Assembly (NCBI GenBank): GCA_030295235.1
Contig: AP026134.1
Location: forward strand, 1,240,001 to 1,304,000
DNA: 64,000 bases
DNA from: Fistulifera solaris
Taxonomy: Eukaryota
Direction of reading: 5' to 3'
Part shown: piece by piece, positions 1 to 12,381 of the stretch
How positions within the stretch are numbered: position 1 is the stretch's first letter
How the letters are laid out: every line of letters begins with the position of its first letter
Notes under the pieces: model-generated
The model's input: only the letters and a program-made list of their open reading frames with translations
The model's database searches: none
Told to the model about the DNA's origin: nothing
Translations under genes and position numbers: made by a program

Positions 1-100
1 AACTTCTAATGGAACGGAATGAAAAGCGGTTTTATTAATACATAGCTGTAGCTAGACTAACAGAATAACATGTCGATATCCATGACGCATCACGCCTTTG

Positions 101-969
101 TCAAATGACGTACGCGCAAGCATAACAGGACACACCTGCGGAACCATCCGCGCTGGTTGGAGTTCCGACACCAGCTTTGGATGATACACCTGGTGATGTA
201 TTGGATGGACAAAGAGGCGCGACTGTAGATTGGGATTGAGTATTATCAAAGTAAACCTCGCAATAACCCCATGTTGTGCTTGCCCAGCCCACCGCTTTGC
301 TTGTTGTGGCAGCTGCTTCACACTCGATTGCCAAAAGATTGCCGAAGCAGTAATCATATTTGGCTCCGTTTGCGCTAAGGCAATATCCAGTTTCCTCGAT
401 TTTGGTATTGCATTTCTTTGGTATCTTCTGACAAGTGTAACAGAAGACACCGACATTTCCATCACCTTCTCTAGGGAATCCAACTCCAGTATTCAGTCCA
501 TCGTTCGGAGCAAGTTTAGAAGGGCATAAGGAAGCTGGTTGGTTTTTAGAATCTTTCTCGTCAAAGTATATTTCACAATATCCCTCCGCATTTCTAGACC
601 AACCGACTGCGGCTTTACTTGCTTCCGCTAGTTCTCGACATAGGCGTTCCGTTGCAGTACCGTAGCAATAATCAAACTCTTTGCCAGCTCCGTCTCGGCA
701 GTATCCTTGCACATTGGACAGCCTTTTACTACAATCTTTCGTTTCAACATCTTTATTATCGGGTGATTCTCCATTGGATCGGGAAGGAACTGAACATGTT
801 ACTTGCAGCTGACGCTCAAACAATCCAGTGGATACTACCGCTGTCGTCCACAAGACTGTCGAATAAAAACAAATTGAGAGACGAGTTTGAGTTAACAGTA
901 CGTCTGCAATTAAATCACAGCGATCAACTCACAGAAGCTTGTCAAGCAGCGAATGCCATTCGTTTTCAT
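101..969 (-). CDS. Secreted Cys-rich protein with two tandem ~100-aa domains (2 exons)
   Basis: ATG at 969; intron 932..856 (GTGAGT...ACAG) gives MKTNGIRCLTSFFLWTTAVVSTG (signal-like), joined to ORF 101..853. Internal repeat GYC..G..DYC.G...C...A...AVGW...GYCE.YFD...LCPS...GVG.P...DG..GV.CY.C occurs twice. Confidence 0.8.
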
Positions 970-1852
970 GACACGATATTGTTTACTCGGTATTTTCTGC
1001 AAGTTGCCGCAGCTGGGCGAGAAAATGGATGGTAGTGCCTGTCACTGGTTGACAATATTGCAAGTTGCAAGGCTAAGCCGCAATTCAGACGAATGATTAA
1101 TGATTGTCCGCTTGAAACTTGCAAAGGTGTCACGTGTCACGTGTCAGGTCCTTTCTTGTCCATCTCCTAGAGAGAGCAGAGAGTGAAAGTTGAGACGGTG
1201 AAATGTTGATAGAGTGGAAAAGCCATCGGCGAAGTAATGACATAAGGATCTGTGTTGAATCTTGCAGGTACTGTACCTGGTGTACAGGCCCAATAAAGGT
1301 TTCACGATTAACGATAGGATTGAAGTGGAAGTGTGGAGTGTGGGCTTCGATAATTGTCAGTTGTGACGTTTAACGGTTTCGGTTTATAGGAAATAGGGAG
1401 AGAGCCTCTAGCCTCTAGCCAGAGCCTCTAGAGTCTCTCTATCGCTGGTCGCTGGGGCAGCTAATCTTACCAAGCACGTAGTATTAAGGACTTATACGTC
1501 CTTACGTAGTATGTGACCACAAGCAGGCTGTTTAGACAGAAAAAACGGATGACTTGGGAGGCACCCAAACTAGACTTAAGAGTGAGATTAAAAAGACGAT
1601 ACATCGAATGGATCTGTCTGCTGTCTCGTAAAGCCTTGCGCCTAGTCAAGAACAAGGGGAGTGACGACTGAACTAAAACTCCGTAAAAAACCTTAGATCA
1701 TAGTTAGATACACTGCCCACGATTCGCGATGTTAGCGGTAGCAAACTACCGCGTTGCACATAATTGTTAGCTATTCAAAAGAATATGCCGGCTGTCAAGC
1801 AGAAATTGATTTATTAGCTCGCAAACACACCGAATATTTTCTTTTCTTTCAT

Positions 1853-3006
1853 TTAAACCCAATTGCGGGGGGTCTTGCATGCATCTAGAAAGTCGGCTTC
1901 CCGTGATCCTGGTCGTGGATGATGATCATACTCCCATCGAGCAGTCTCCGGAAGGCTCATTAAAATACTTTCCGTGCGACCACCTGTCTTTAGTCCAAAG
2001 ATAGTGCCACGATCGTAAACGAGATTGAACTCGGCGTATCGTCCTCGACGCAGTAATTGCCATCGTTTCTGTTCATTTGTGAACTTGTCATTTTTGTGCT
2101 TTTCAATAATAGGTCCGTATGCAGCGACAACATTGTTGACAGCGTCCTTGCAGAATTCAAATATTTCTTCTGGGTCACGATCATTCAGATCGTCAAAGAA
2201 GATACCACCAAGGCCGCGGCGTTCCCCTCGATGCGGAATGAGAAAATATTCGTCGGCCCACTTTTTGAATTTAGGATAGTATTCAGGGTCATGTCGATCA
2301 CAGACTTCCTTCAAAGTGCCATGGAAGTGTTTCATGTCATCAACATCAATGTAACTCGGCGTGATATCGGTCCCACCACCAAACCACCAATTATCGCTGG
2401 TTTGAAAAATACGATAATTGAAATGCATCGTCGGGCAATGAGGGTTGCGTGGGTGCATGACGCAGCTCAAGCCGCAGGCCGCAAACGGTACCTTATCATC
2501 TTTACCAGCCAGATTGCCTCGTTCCGTCGCTGCGTGCAGCGCCACCTGTGGCATCGTACCATGCACGACACTGAGATTCACGCCAGCCTTTTCCCAGACC
2601 TTCCCGTCTTTCAGTACCATACTCTTGCCACCGCCCCCTGTTTCTCGTTCCCACGCGTCTTCCTGAAAGGTGGCACCGCCATCAATTTCGGCAATGGCTT
2701 TGGTAATGTCAAGTTGTGCTTGACGCAGCATGACTTCCATCTTTTTAATCATGTCGCGGTTGCCACTTTCAAAGTCTTCAATCAGCCAACGGGGTTGCTG
2801 ATCCTATCGGGGGTTAAAGAAAAGCTGTAAGAAAAAAGGCGGCAAGTAAAAATCGAGTACGAGAATATACGTACCGTCAGAGTATTCGCAACGATTTCTT
2901 CTGATGTGACTCTGACCGCAGAACCGACGTGCCTACTTTGATGCTGTTTGGGAGCAAACGCTTGAACCGTTACTAAGCAAAACGCAAATGCTGTGATCAA
3001 TTTCAT
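1853..3006 (-). CDS. CPOX: Oxygen-dependent coproporphyrinogen III oxidase, plastid-targeted
   Basis: Motifs EKAGVN.S.VHG, HPRNPHCPTMHFNYR, WWFGGG.D.TP, RRGRYAEFNLVYDRGT.FGL. Exon 1 MKLITAFAFCLVTVQA-FAP; intron 2874..2804 restores the frame. Confidence 0.95.
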
Positions 3007-3266
3007 AGTAGTAATGGAAGTTTTCGATATTTGCTGGATTGCAATCGTAGAGCTTTATTCAACACTTCCGCTGGACGAAAGCGTGCGAATAGAAAATGAG
3101 ACTCTGGAAAGATTTCATTTGAATGAAAAGAAAATGCCGATGCAAGCTTTTGAATCCGAATTGTTGAAGGGGTATCTTCTTTGAAACAGGGCGGGGGAAG
3201 CAACAGAGCCTCAAATGCGAACTCATTTCATGGTCGCCATTGATCATTGATGAAAGGTCTCGGCTG

Positions 3267-3345
3267 GAAGGTTCGGGAAATTGTGTACTTTCGCGTAGGC
3301 CCCCGTAGAGAAATGTACCAAGCAGAGGTGCGTTCCCGTGTCTCC
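3267..3345 (+). mobile_element. 79-bp MITE-like element, family B, copy 1 (TSD CTG)
   Basis: Near-identical to 24822..24900; flanked by CTG at 3264-3266 and 3346-3348. Confidence 0.75.
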
Positions 3346-3438
3346 CTGCCTAAAATGCGAACGCAATACGCAATGCGTTGATGGAGAGAAGTGAGAAGGT
3401 TTCTACTCTTAAGAGGACTGGTACGGTACCGGTACCTG

Positions 3439-3517
3439 GGAACGGGGTTAAAATTCTGCCTCGTCGTAGACGCTACGTAGAATCTCTTACTGGGAGGCAG
3501 AATTTTAACGTCCTTCC
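3439..3517 (+). mobile_element. 79-bp MITE, family A, copy 1 (TSD CTG)
   Basis: Inverted repeat GTTAAAATTCTGCCTC...GAGGCAGAATTTTAAC; CTG at 3436-3438 and 3518-3520; five copies in the window. Confidence 0.85.
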
Positions 3518-3980
3518 CTGGTATTGCGACGAAAACAAGTGCACCGCCCTGCGTGAGAACTCCGGTTGAAAGTCTCTAGATGATTCCGGATTCCGGATGC
3601 TGTTGAACCAACTGTGTTTTCGGTCGTGGTCATTTTACTTTTGTTACGATTTACGATTTACGCTACAAGATAAATGACTCAAACGTACACTCCGAGGAAT
3701 GAGTTTTCGGAAAGATTTCGGTTGGGCGTCAAACTTTGACCCAATCAAATATCACAAGCTGGCAAGACTGTCGAATGGGACTGGGGACTGAAAAAGCAGC
3801 TGTGCTCCGACACGCAACTGTCTATCAAAAAGTAGGCTTGCGTTCTTGGATCGAAATAAGCGGCCTTCTGCGGAACGCCGATGCTGGGCTTGGCCCTCAT
3901 TGGACGAAAAACCGGCACAACGATAAACTTCGGCATATTTCTCTCTTTTTACACGATCTGGAAAGCCAACAAGAAGGCAA

Positions 3981-6900
3981 ATGTCTCTATTTCTTCATTC
4001 CCAAACATCCGACGAGAAGCAAATAGCTGAAACTGAACTGACTTTCCTGACGTTATCGGCTGCTCACAATCTGGAAGACAGATCACACGATACATCCTTA
4101 CCAAGCCAACAAACGGTCACTTTATCTTCCACAATGTCTCCATGGAAAGTCAACAAACGAAATCCTTGTCGGAAGAGGCCAAGAACGTTGCTACTCGTAG
4201 GTGGCGGAGGTCTCTGTTTGTCGATATTGGTTGCTGGCTTACTCGTCTCGACATTGACACGAGCGAGTGACCCGCAAACACAGACATTACCCAGCACGCT
4301 TGATTCTCGAACATACCCTCTCGCATCTTCTTCTTCTTCGTCCGTTTATCACTTCAATCCGACGGATCACATTTCTCCTCTATCACACACCACGAATCGT
4401 CCTCCTAATGTTCTAACATCATCAGGGGACGCGCCCTATCCGACGAGTGCTTGGTATCAAAATTTATTGCTTTTGCCCGACGACGCTGTCGCCCCTACCA
4501 CTTTGGAGCACGCGTATGCTGTTCCCTACGTCGTCGATGCCGCTGGGCCTATTTCCGGAATTCGGCTTCATTCCGTCTCTCTGCAAGGTGATGAAAAGAA
4601 TATTTATGCCAATTATGCGACGGCACATAGTGTCACTTTGGGAAGTGCACCGACGAGTGATATGAATGCACGATACCAGATTCAACAAACTACGTCGCTG
4701 GGCGTGACACTGGAATGGACCGCAAACACAAACCATGATGATAATAGTAGCATGCAGAGTCCGATTGTGCGTGGTATGCCATACGCAACTATGATCTATT
4801 CAGGTACCACGATACCAATGATTGCCACGGAGATTGCCATTACGTCGATTCGAGTTGACCGAAGTGATGCGTCTGTTGCGTTGAAATGTGGCATGACTGC
4901 GCCTTCGTATTCGGTACAAGATGAATTGGAGATTTACCTGGAGGCCAGTGACGCGGCGTGGCTTATTTTTCCTTCCGATGCGGTGACAGTGAAATGCACA
5001 GCCGACATGCGTCTCGAATTCACCACCAATTCACAGTCATCCCCATTCATTCTAAGGTTGGCCTTGTCACAAGAAGATTCATCCTCTTCTTTCAATGATC
5101 ACCTCCGTCGCCATTCGAACTGGTATCCTGGATCACAACCTTCTGTTTCGACACGGCGTTCGTCGGACAGTACCGTGGAAATACAGTTTGACTGGGATGC
5201 GCAAAGTATGCGTTCAACGAATGCTTATGGCGAAACAACAGCCGCGGATGATTTGATTATCATGGCACTTCCCCATCATCAACAATACACTTCCCTGCAG
5301 CAACAAGGTAGTTCTAGCACTCTTTGCTCACCGTCATTGTTAGGTAAAGCGTGTTTTCAATCAGGCTCCAGTTGGACACTGACCGAAACAATACCACATG
5401 TCGGTTGGCGTGCACCACGAAGTCCATCGGCAGACGCACTGGGTGCATTAGGACAGGCACTGCAAACGGATCTGAAATACCAAGTTTTCGAACTGTTCCG
5501 AAAGGGCGGTGGAGATACTTACTTTTCTGGGAAGCAACTGGCCAAACTTGGACGTATTTGCCTAGTCGCGGAAGAATGGTTAGAGTTGTGCGACGACGGT
5601 GCCATTGACTGCGAAAAAGGCCCGACAACTGCGGAGCTCGAAAATGCAGTTCAAGAACTGAAACAATCGGTCGAAATTTGGTTTAATGGGACTGGTCTGA
5701 CACCGTTTGTGTATGATGAAGCATGGGGAGGTGTGGTCAGTTGTGGATGTCTGTTTGATGGAGGAGCTGGTTGTACCAACACATATCCCAATTGCCCCGC
5801 CCTCGCTGATCCTTTATTGAATTTTGGCAACGGAATGTACAACGACCAACACTTTCACTACGGATATTTCATTTATGCAGTTTCGATCGTCGCACATTTC
5901 GATCCGTCATGGGGCAGACAGTACTACGACAAAACACTATTGCTCATCAAATCGATTGCGAATGATGACCCGACGGATCCTTATTTTACCACTTTTCGAC
6001 ACAAGGACTGGTATTTCGGAAGCTCTTGGGCGAGTGGAATGAACCAGCCGCCGTTTCTTCGCGGTCGTAACCAAGAATCATCGAGTGAGGCGATTGCTGC
6101 ATATGAAGCCGTCGCTTTATATGGACGCACTCTTACAGAAGCGTGGCTGGAGGTCAACGATCAAGAAAAAGTGCAATTCGCAGAAAGTATTGAAACAACG
6201 GGATTGTCTATGCTTACGACCGAAATTCGGTCAACCCAACGGTATTGGCACATCCATCCCGGTCAAGACGTTCGAATATATCCAGATTACTACAAGCAAA
6301 ATGTTGCTGGAATTGTATGGCAGCTAATGCTTGTCTTCAGTACGTGGTTTGGATCCAACACGGAGTATATCTATGGTATACAACTCTTGCCATTGACCCC
6401 TATTTCTGGAAACAAGGGACCAAAGGGAATGGCTGGAAACCATTTATCCTATTTATGCCAAAGCCTGCTCAAATGTCGTTTGTTCGACATCAGGTTGGAA
6501 AGTTTTGCAAACAGCGACTCTCGCCTCCGTCGGGTATCAGCAAAAAGCAATTCAAGTAGCTTTAACGCTCCCGCCAACTGCATTCACGGATGCTGCCGGA
6601 GGCGGACATTCTCTTTCGAATACAATCTGGTACATTGCAACGAGGCCAAAAATAGACGACCCAGTTGTCTTTGACGATATTCCCAGCTCCGATGCTACTT
6701 TAAATTACTGCGACGCATCCTCCACCTGTACAGATTCGGTGCTCGATACCCTGGCAGACGGAACTACTTGTCGTTCACGAATCATATGGTTGATAGGTCA
6801 AGGGTCTTCAATTACTCAAGCATGCGCCCAGGTGGCTGGTTCCGAGTTTCCTGACGAGTGCGGCCCGTGCAATCCGTCGACCGCGCCAACTCCAGCGGTT

Positions 6901-7683
6901 TCGATTACAAACTCTACGGACTGCCCGCAATGCAACGCCGACATATGTGATGGGGATATGAACTCGTGTCCACTCGACCAGAGTGCACCTTTTCTTTGTA
7001 CAATGGGGCCCAATCTTCGTGGATGCAATGCTAGTCCTTGGCCTATTGACCAGCATTGTCTCGCATGCTGTGACCTCAGTTTCTGCGGAGGCTCGGATTC
7101 TCAACCAAGCGTTTCCTTACCAGCACCTGTACCAGCACCTGTACCAGCTCCGATACCGGTACTAACGCCTTCTTCACCTGCGGCACCAAGTGCAGCTGCA
7201 TCTTGTCCGCGATGTAGTACTGAGGTATGCAACGGCGAAATGAATATGTGTCCGGCGGACCAAAGTGCACCCTATCTGTGTACACTAGGACCAAATCTTC
7301 GGGGCTGCAACGCCAAACCCTGGCCTATCGACCAGCACTGTCTTCAATGCTGCGACCTTAATCTTTGTGGGGAACCAGCTCCTGCTCAGCAACCAACAGA
7401 CTTCGCTCCGGCACCTTTACCACCGTCTCCGACAAACGCATCCTTCACCCCACCAGACAACCCAATTGTAACAGGATGCTGTTCTCGAGACTTCAAAAGG
7501 TGCACTTCCACATGCGGAGACACGAAGGAGACATGCGAAGCTTGTAATTTGGTTTGGCTCCCCGAAGGTGGCCGCAATGACTGCCAAGGAACCGCTCAAC
7601 GCTGTAACGCTTGGGGCACTCAATGCTGCCCGGGACTACAATGCGTCGGGTATCGTTTGTTTCGACGATGTAGGGCAGTCTAA
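3981..7683 (+). CDS. GH81 endo-1,3-beta-glucanase with N-terminal TM anchor and C-terminal Cys-rich modules (1-nt indel ~6408)
   Basis: GH81 motifs DTYFSGK.LAK, FGNG.YND.HFHYGYFIY, RHKDWY.G.SWASG, GRNQESSSEA, YGIQLLP.TP. Removing one G at ~6408 joins ORF 3981..6674 to ORF 6505..7683. The start may be ATG 4134. Confidence 0.9.
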
Positions 7684-8464
7684 TGGTTAAAGACGAACTA
7701 GAATACCCATTTTATCTGCAGCGCACAGTCTTAGTAGTTGCACATGAGCGGTTCCGACTTGCGACATTTTTCGTCACGACTCCTATAGTAATAGAAAAAT
7801 CACTTCATCTATAGTGATATGCGGTTTCGCACAACCTACGTATTATCATTTCAATTAAAATTATTTATGGATTTAATCGGCAAAGACAAGCGAAAAAAAG
7901 AAACGAAAGGGACGAGGAGCCGAATAGGACCGCGAAGTGGGCAAATAATTCATGAAACAACAAGACCTGATACTTGTAAAGGCACAAATGGGTAGCATCG
8001 ATATCATCGCAATCGTTTGTCGCTTTGGCAAAACACTCGTGACTCCTCGCGTGATTGGAGACTGCATGTTCGGCGCTGGTACTGGTACCGGTACCAGATA
8101 CCAGGTAGTGATACGTGATACTAAAAAGATTAAAAATGCCTCGGGACGACTTAATAATAAAGTCCTGTAATCAGCAAACAGGATAGGTGCAGACTGTACT
8201 CGAATGGCACACAATGGCTCGTGCAACGTCCATTTGAGCAAGACTTTTCCATAAACTCGTACCGAGGTAAAAACTGTAATTTTACATGACATTGCAACAA
8301 ACCGAGCAAATACAATAGCGACGAAAAGCAATAATAGAGCTCGGCTTTATCGCTCACAGAACGAGAACCACAATCGAAGCTCACTGTCGTCGCAAGGAGA
8401 TCATCGAGCTTTACGAATTGTCGGTTTTTATAGCTTATAGCTTATACCATTGATAAAGAAAGAC

Positions 8465-10896
8465 ATGACGCTCGGTTCCTTTTTGTTAGCTATCATATCA
8501 GTGCTTTGCACAAGCAGTGCAAGTGAGCACCTTCGATCAAAGAATGTAGCATCGGAAGAGGCTGCAAGAAGGGAACTCGCATCTCATCCATCGTCGGTTG
8601 AAAAGGCAAATAATGGTTTTATCGATCGAAAAGTCACTTTAATCAAACATTGGATCGCAAATCGTGAACGAGCAGCGGTGAGGTCACAGACTGACAGCTC
8701 AATTCACGATATCAATGCCGGTTTGTTCGTTTTCGCAAATCCGGATCTATTCGACACGAACGATTTTGCTGGCTTGGGGGGACTACCCGAAGAATCTTCC
8801 TTCGATCAACAAAAAGATGCGTACCTCAGAAATGTATCCGAGTTTGTAAGCTCCATTGAAATCTTTGAGACCGTAGGTACAGACTTTGGAAGTTTTGATA
8901 CACCTGGAATAGGAAAGTACAAACCGGATGGCGTAACGAAAACTTTCGGAGGCGACTGGGATTTTGTCCTTACCTTTCTGTCTCCAATACTTTACCAACA
9001 CATCAACAGAACCGACCTACTAACCAACGATATGCGATGGAACTTGCTTCGACAGGGCACTGTCGACGGTGAAATCCCGTATTCAGGAAATACTCTCTCC
9101 TACCTCGAAGCCAACTTGTTCTTTTCCGATTCAAACCTCTCATGAAAGTCCGCGTCAGAATGATAGAAACCGAAAACCACATATTACAAATCTACACTTG
9201 GATGTATTTGATTAACAATTACGTCCGTTACATTGCCCAGCTCGACCCATCGGATGAACGATACGATCCTCGGGTCGCTGAGTTGTATGTCAATAATCCG
9301 GATCATTACAACAACAGTCCCGAGCTGGTGGATTTGATGCTACAGATGACTGGCATCATTTTACACAAAGATTTGTTTGAAACCAATTCGAAGCCGTATG
9401 AAGCTTACTCGGTATTATCTTTGATCTTATTGTACTCGTACTCTGACCGTTTGTTCCCTGACGACGAGGTCAATCAGAAAATAAAAATGGCAGCTCATAA
9501 TGCACTCGACTTCCTCGCAGTAAAATTTACTTTCCAGACGTTTCAAGGAAAGCGCATATCTCCCATGAGACGGAATTGGAGTGATAGGAACATTTTGGGG
9601 TTTTACGAAAATGACCACCTACCCACTATGTACGCGGCACTTTCGGGTGTCAACTTCTTCCCCATACCGACAGAAGGGTTTTACTTCCTTAGAGAAGGAA
9701 TGACCATACTGACAGCTTTGATGGACTATAGAGTGCCCGAGGAGATTCACGACTACATGCTCGACCGCCACGACGGGTTTTGGGCACGGATGCAGTCAAG
9801 CTATTACACGGATCACTTCCATCTTTCGTACAGTGCGAGTTCCCTTACGCGACCCCCTCCAGTACCCGATCCTTGTCCAGCGACCTTTTTCAAAGACGAT
9901 GGCAGTGTTTACAAGTCTGGCATTTTCAGACCCATACCGCAAGTTTACTTCGGAACTAACGACTTTCTCAACTCCGCGGGTGGTTGCGGCCAAGATTTCT
10001 TGAAGATAGAGGCCCCGCTTCGATTTCTTCCGTTTGACATTGACACCCTGGCCGATTTGCGCGCGATTTCCAAGCCCAATGTACTGGTCAGTAAGCCTGA
10101 CTATCGTTACTACGCCGAAAATATTACGTTGCTGGAGGAGGACTACCTTATCATGCGTGGCGAACTGGATCCTTCGATGAGCAAGAACCTGAACACGTAC
10201 AAAAGCTTCACTTTCGGTTATTCAAAAGGGCAACATGGATCCGATAAGTATAAAGAGTGGCCCATGACCGTTCCTCGCGACTGGGACAGTTTCTTGGCCC
10301 TTTCCTTTTCAATTAACCGAGGAAGCTTTCGAATTTACGACTTTTCTAGCTCAGCTGCAACGCATCCCATGAACGGATATTATTTGATTATGGCAAAGGT
10401 CAGCAAACTGCCCGTCGGAAGCGATCTTCGCACCGTAGCACGGGGCTTTTGGGAAATTGTACCTCTCCGCATGTATGAATCAGTGGAAGCACTGGCTTCG
10501 TACATGCGTCAAAAAAATCCAAGCTCCTTTTTCAGCAAGAATATCATTCTTCCATACAAGTACGTCTTGGCGACGACAGGGGAGAAGATCAAAATAGACG
10601 CAAGAGCTGGGGGCATTGGCGACGAAAGATGCAGCGCAATTCGGGCAATCTGGGGCCCTGATGGGCGGAAACGGAACTTGAATGAGTATCATTTTGATAC
10701 TTTGAGCTTACAAAAGATGGAAGGAATCGGGCTTGTCGATGTTTGGGAGATTGATTCCAATTATACGATTGGCAACAAAATAGCTTGCGCAGCAGGTGAC
10801 GGTCGTCTCTTCGTTAAAAACAGACATATAGGGTCAAGTATCGAGATTGATGGGAGCGACTATCGAAATCCAAAGCGGAAAATTGTTCCGTTGTAA
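8465..10896 (+). CDS. Secreted ~810-aa protein of unknown function, intronless (1-nt indel ~9126)
   Basis: Signal peptide MTLGSFLLAIISVLCTSSA; ORFs 8450..9145 and 9142..10896 join if one C is added in TTTTCCGA. Confidence 0.75.
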
Positions 10897-10969
10897 TATC
10901 ACTGCAGTCGAAGCCGGCCGCCGCACAGCTTTTTTTAAAAACGAAAAGTAGATTGTTTTTACCATCTTC

Positions 10970-12261
10970 TCATTGTCCTAGATAAAGCGTATGATTGTCA
11001 CCTGAGACTATTCGGAAATCACGAAGAACGGCTTTTGTTGAATCAAACTCAGTCCTCTTCGTATGAATGAACCGTCCCCAATTCGAATTCAGCTCCCCGA
11101 CAAACACTTGAGCACGAATCATGACCTCCAAGTCAACCATGGCGTCGATCGTCATGTTGTAACGCACGTGACAGTCGGGTTCGGTGTTCATGTGACCGGA
11201 CTGCAAACGGCGATCTGCCAACAAATGAAACGTCCAGGGGGTTGCCTTCAGTTGTTTTATTTCGTCTCGAATTGTCACTGGATCATCTGTAGCGATGTAC
11301 ACATGAGAGGGATCTTTACCGGGATCGAGTTGAGCGACATACGCTTCCAAGGGAATGTAATTGGAATGATTGCGCGGATCTGATTCTCCCCGTGAGGCCC
11401 AATACTTTCGTACCATAGCTGCCGCTTCGCGTTTCAATTTGTCGCCCCGTCGAATATGTAAAGCAGTGTAGCTCTGCGGCAAGTGAAATGCTTGCAGATG
11501 ATGGGCGATGAGGGGTTGTAAAAAGGGTTGCCACTGGATATGAGGCGCCAACAACGCTGCCACTCCCAACCACGGGTCGTCGTCTTGCTGTTGTTCTTGT
11601 ATCTGCTGAAACCACTGTATTTGTGTCAATGTCACGCCACCAATGGACGATATCCATTGCGTATAATTCTTTGCTGTGATGTTTCATGCAATCGTTGTAA
11701 GTACTGTCGCCGTAACCTTCTACCGCCACTGACCATGACAGAAGCACCATGACACGTCAGATTGAAAAAGTCATTTGTCGAAGAGGACAGTAAGCGTGTC
11801 CATTCAGAATGATTGAAAGGGCAGAGTACACTCGCGCAAGTATGCCGACGAGAAGAAGGAACATCTAAAATCTGTGACAAGCCCGTTGAGTGATGTTCGG
11901 AATCAGGAGAACAACCAAAAACAGGGCGTGCTGTTGGTTCGATTATTGGATCCCATACGATGAGTGTCCGATGAAAGGTCGCCGCAACATGGAAAGCCAA
12001 TATGTAGTTTTGCAATTGAGAGCAAATGCCATTGTTGGAAATATCGCGGGGAAGGTACAAGAATAATTGCGAGCAGTCGAGCGGTATTGCCTTTGCGAGT
12101 GAATGATCGTCGCCTTCTTTGCTCCACTGTGGGCGAATAATCGGAGAAACGTCCGTTTCCGAGAAGAAGAATTGCAGAGATATGACTGAGATTAAGACAA
12201 GTATTGCCATAAGAAAGGAGATCACATGAAGCGACGCCTTTTGGTAGGAAATAATCCTCAT
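10970..12261 (-). CDS. Alpha-1,6-fucosyltransferase-like (GT23/NodZ/FUT8-like) type II membrane protein (indel ~11670)
   Basis: N-terminal TM, GICSQL, HIRRGDK, YIATDD, DLEVM..A.VFVGE..SNWGRF motifs. Confidence 0.8.
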
Positions 12262-12346
12262 GAGAATGCGAGCTGCTCTCGAGCGAGCTTTGCTTGACCT
12301 ATTGTTTAACAATGCTGATCCTTTCAAAGCATCCTTACAGCAATTA

Positions 12347-12381
12347 ACACAACACAACACAACACAACACAACACAACACT
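12347..12381 (+). repeat. (ACACA)n microsatellite
   Basis: About 7 tandem aacac units. Confidence 0.9.

Noticed and set aside
2057..2830. Long antisense ORFs (also 57030..57848, 27474..27983, 43979..44443)
   Set aside because: Shadow ORFs opposite well-supported genes, with no motifs.
3439..3517. CRISPR repeat, bacterial REP or tRNA interpretation of the hairpin repeat
   Set aside because: Copies are dispersed kilobases apart in eukaryotic DNA, with no spacers or cas genes and no cloverleaf or box A/B.
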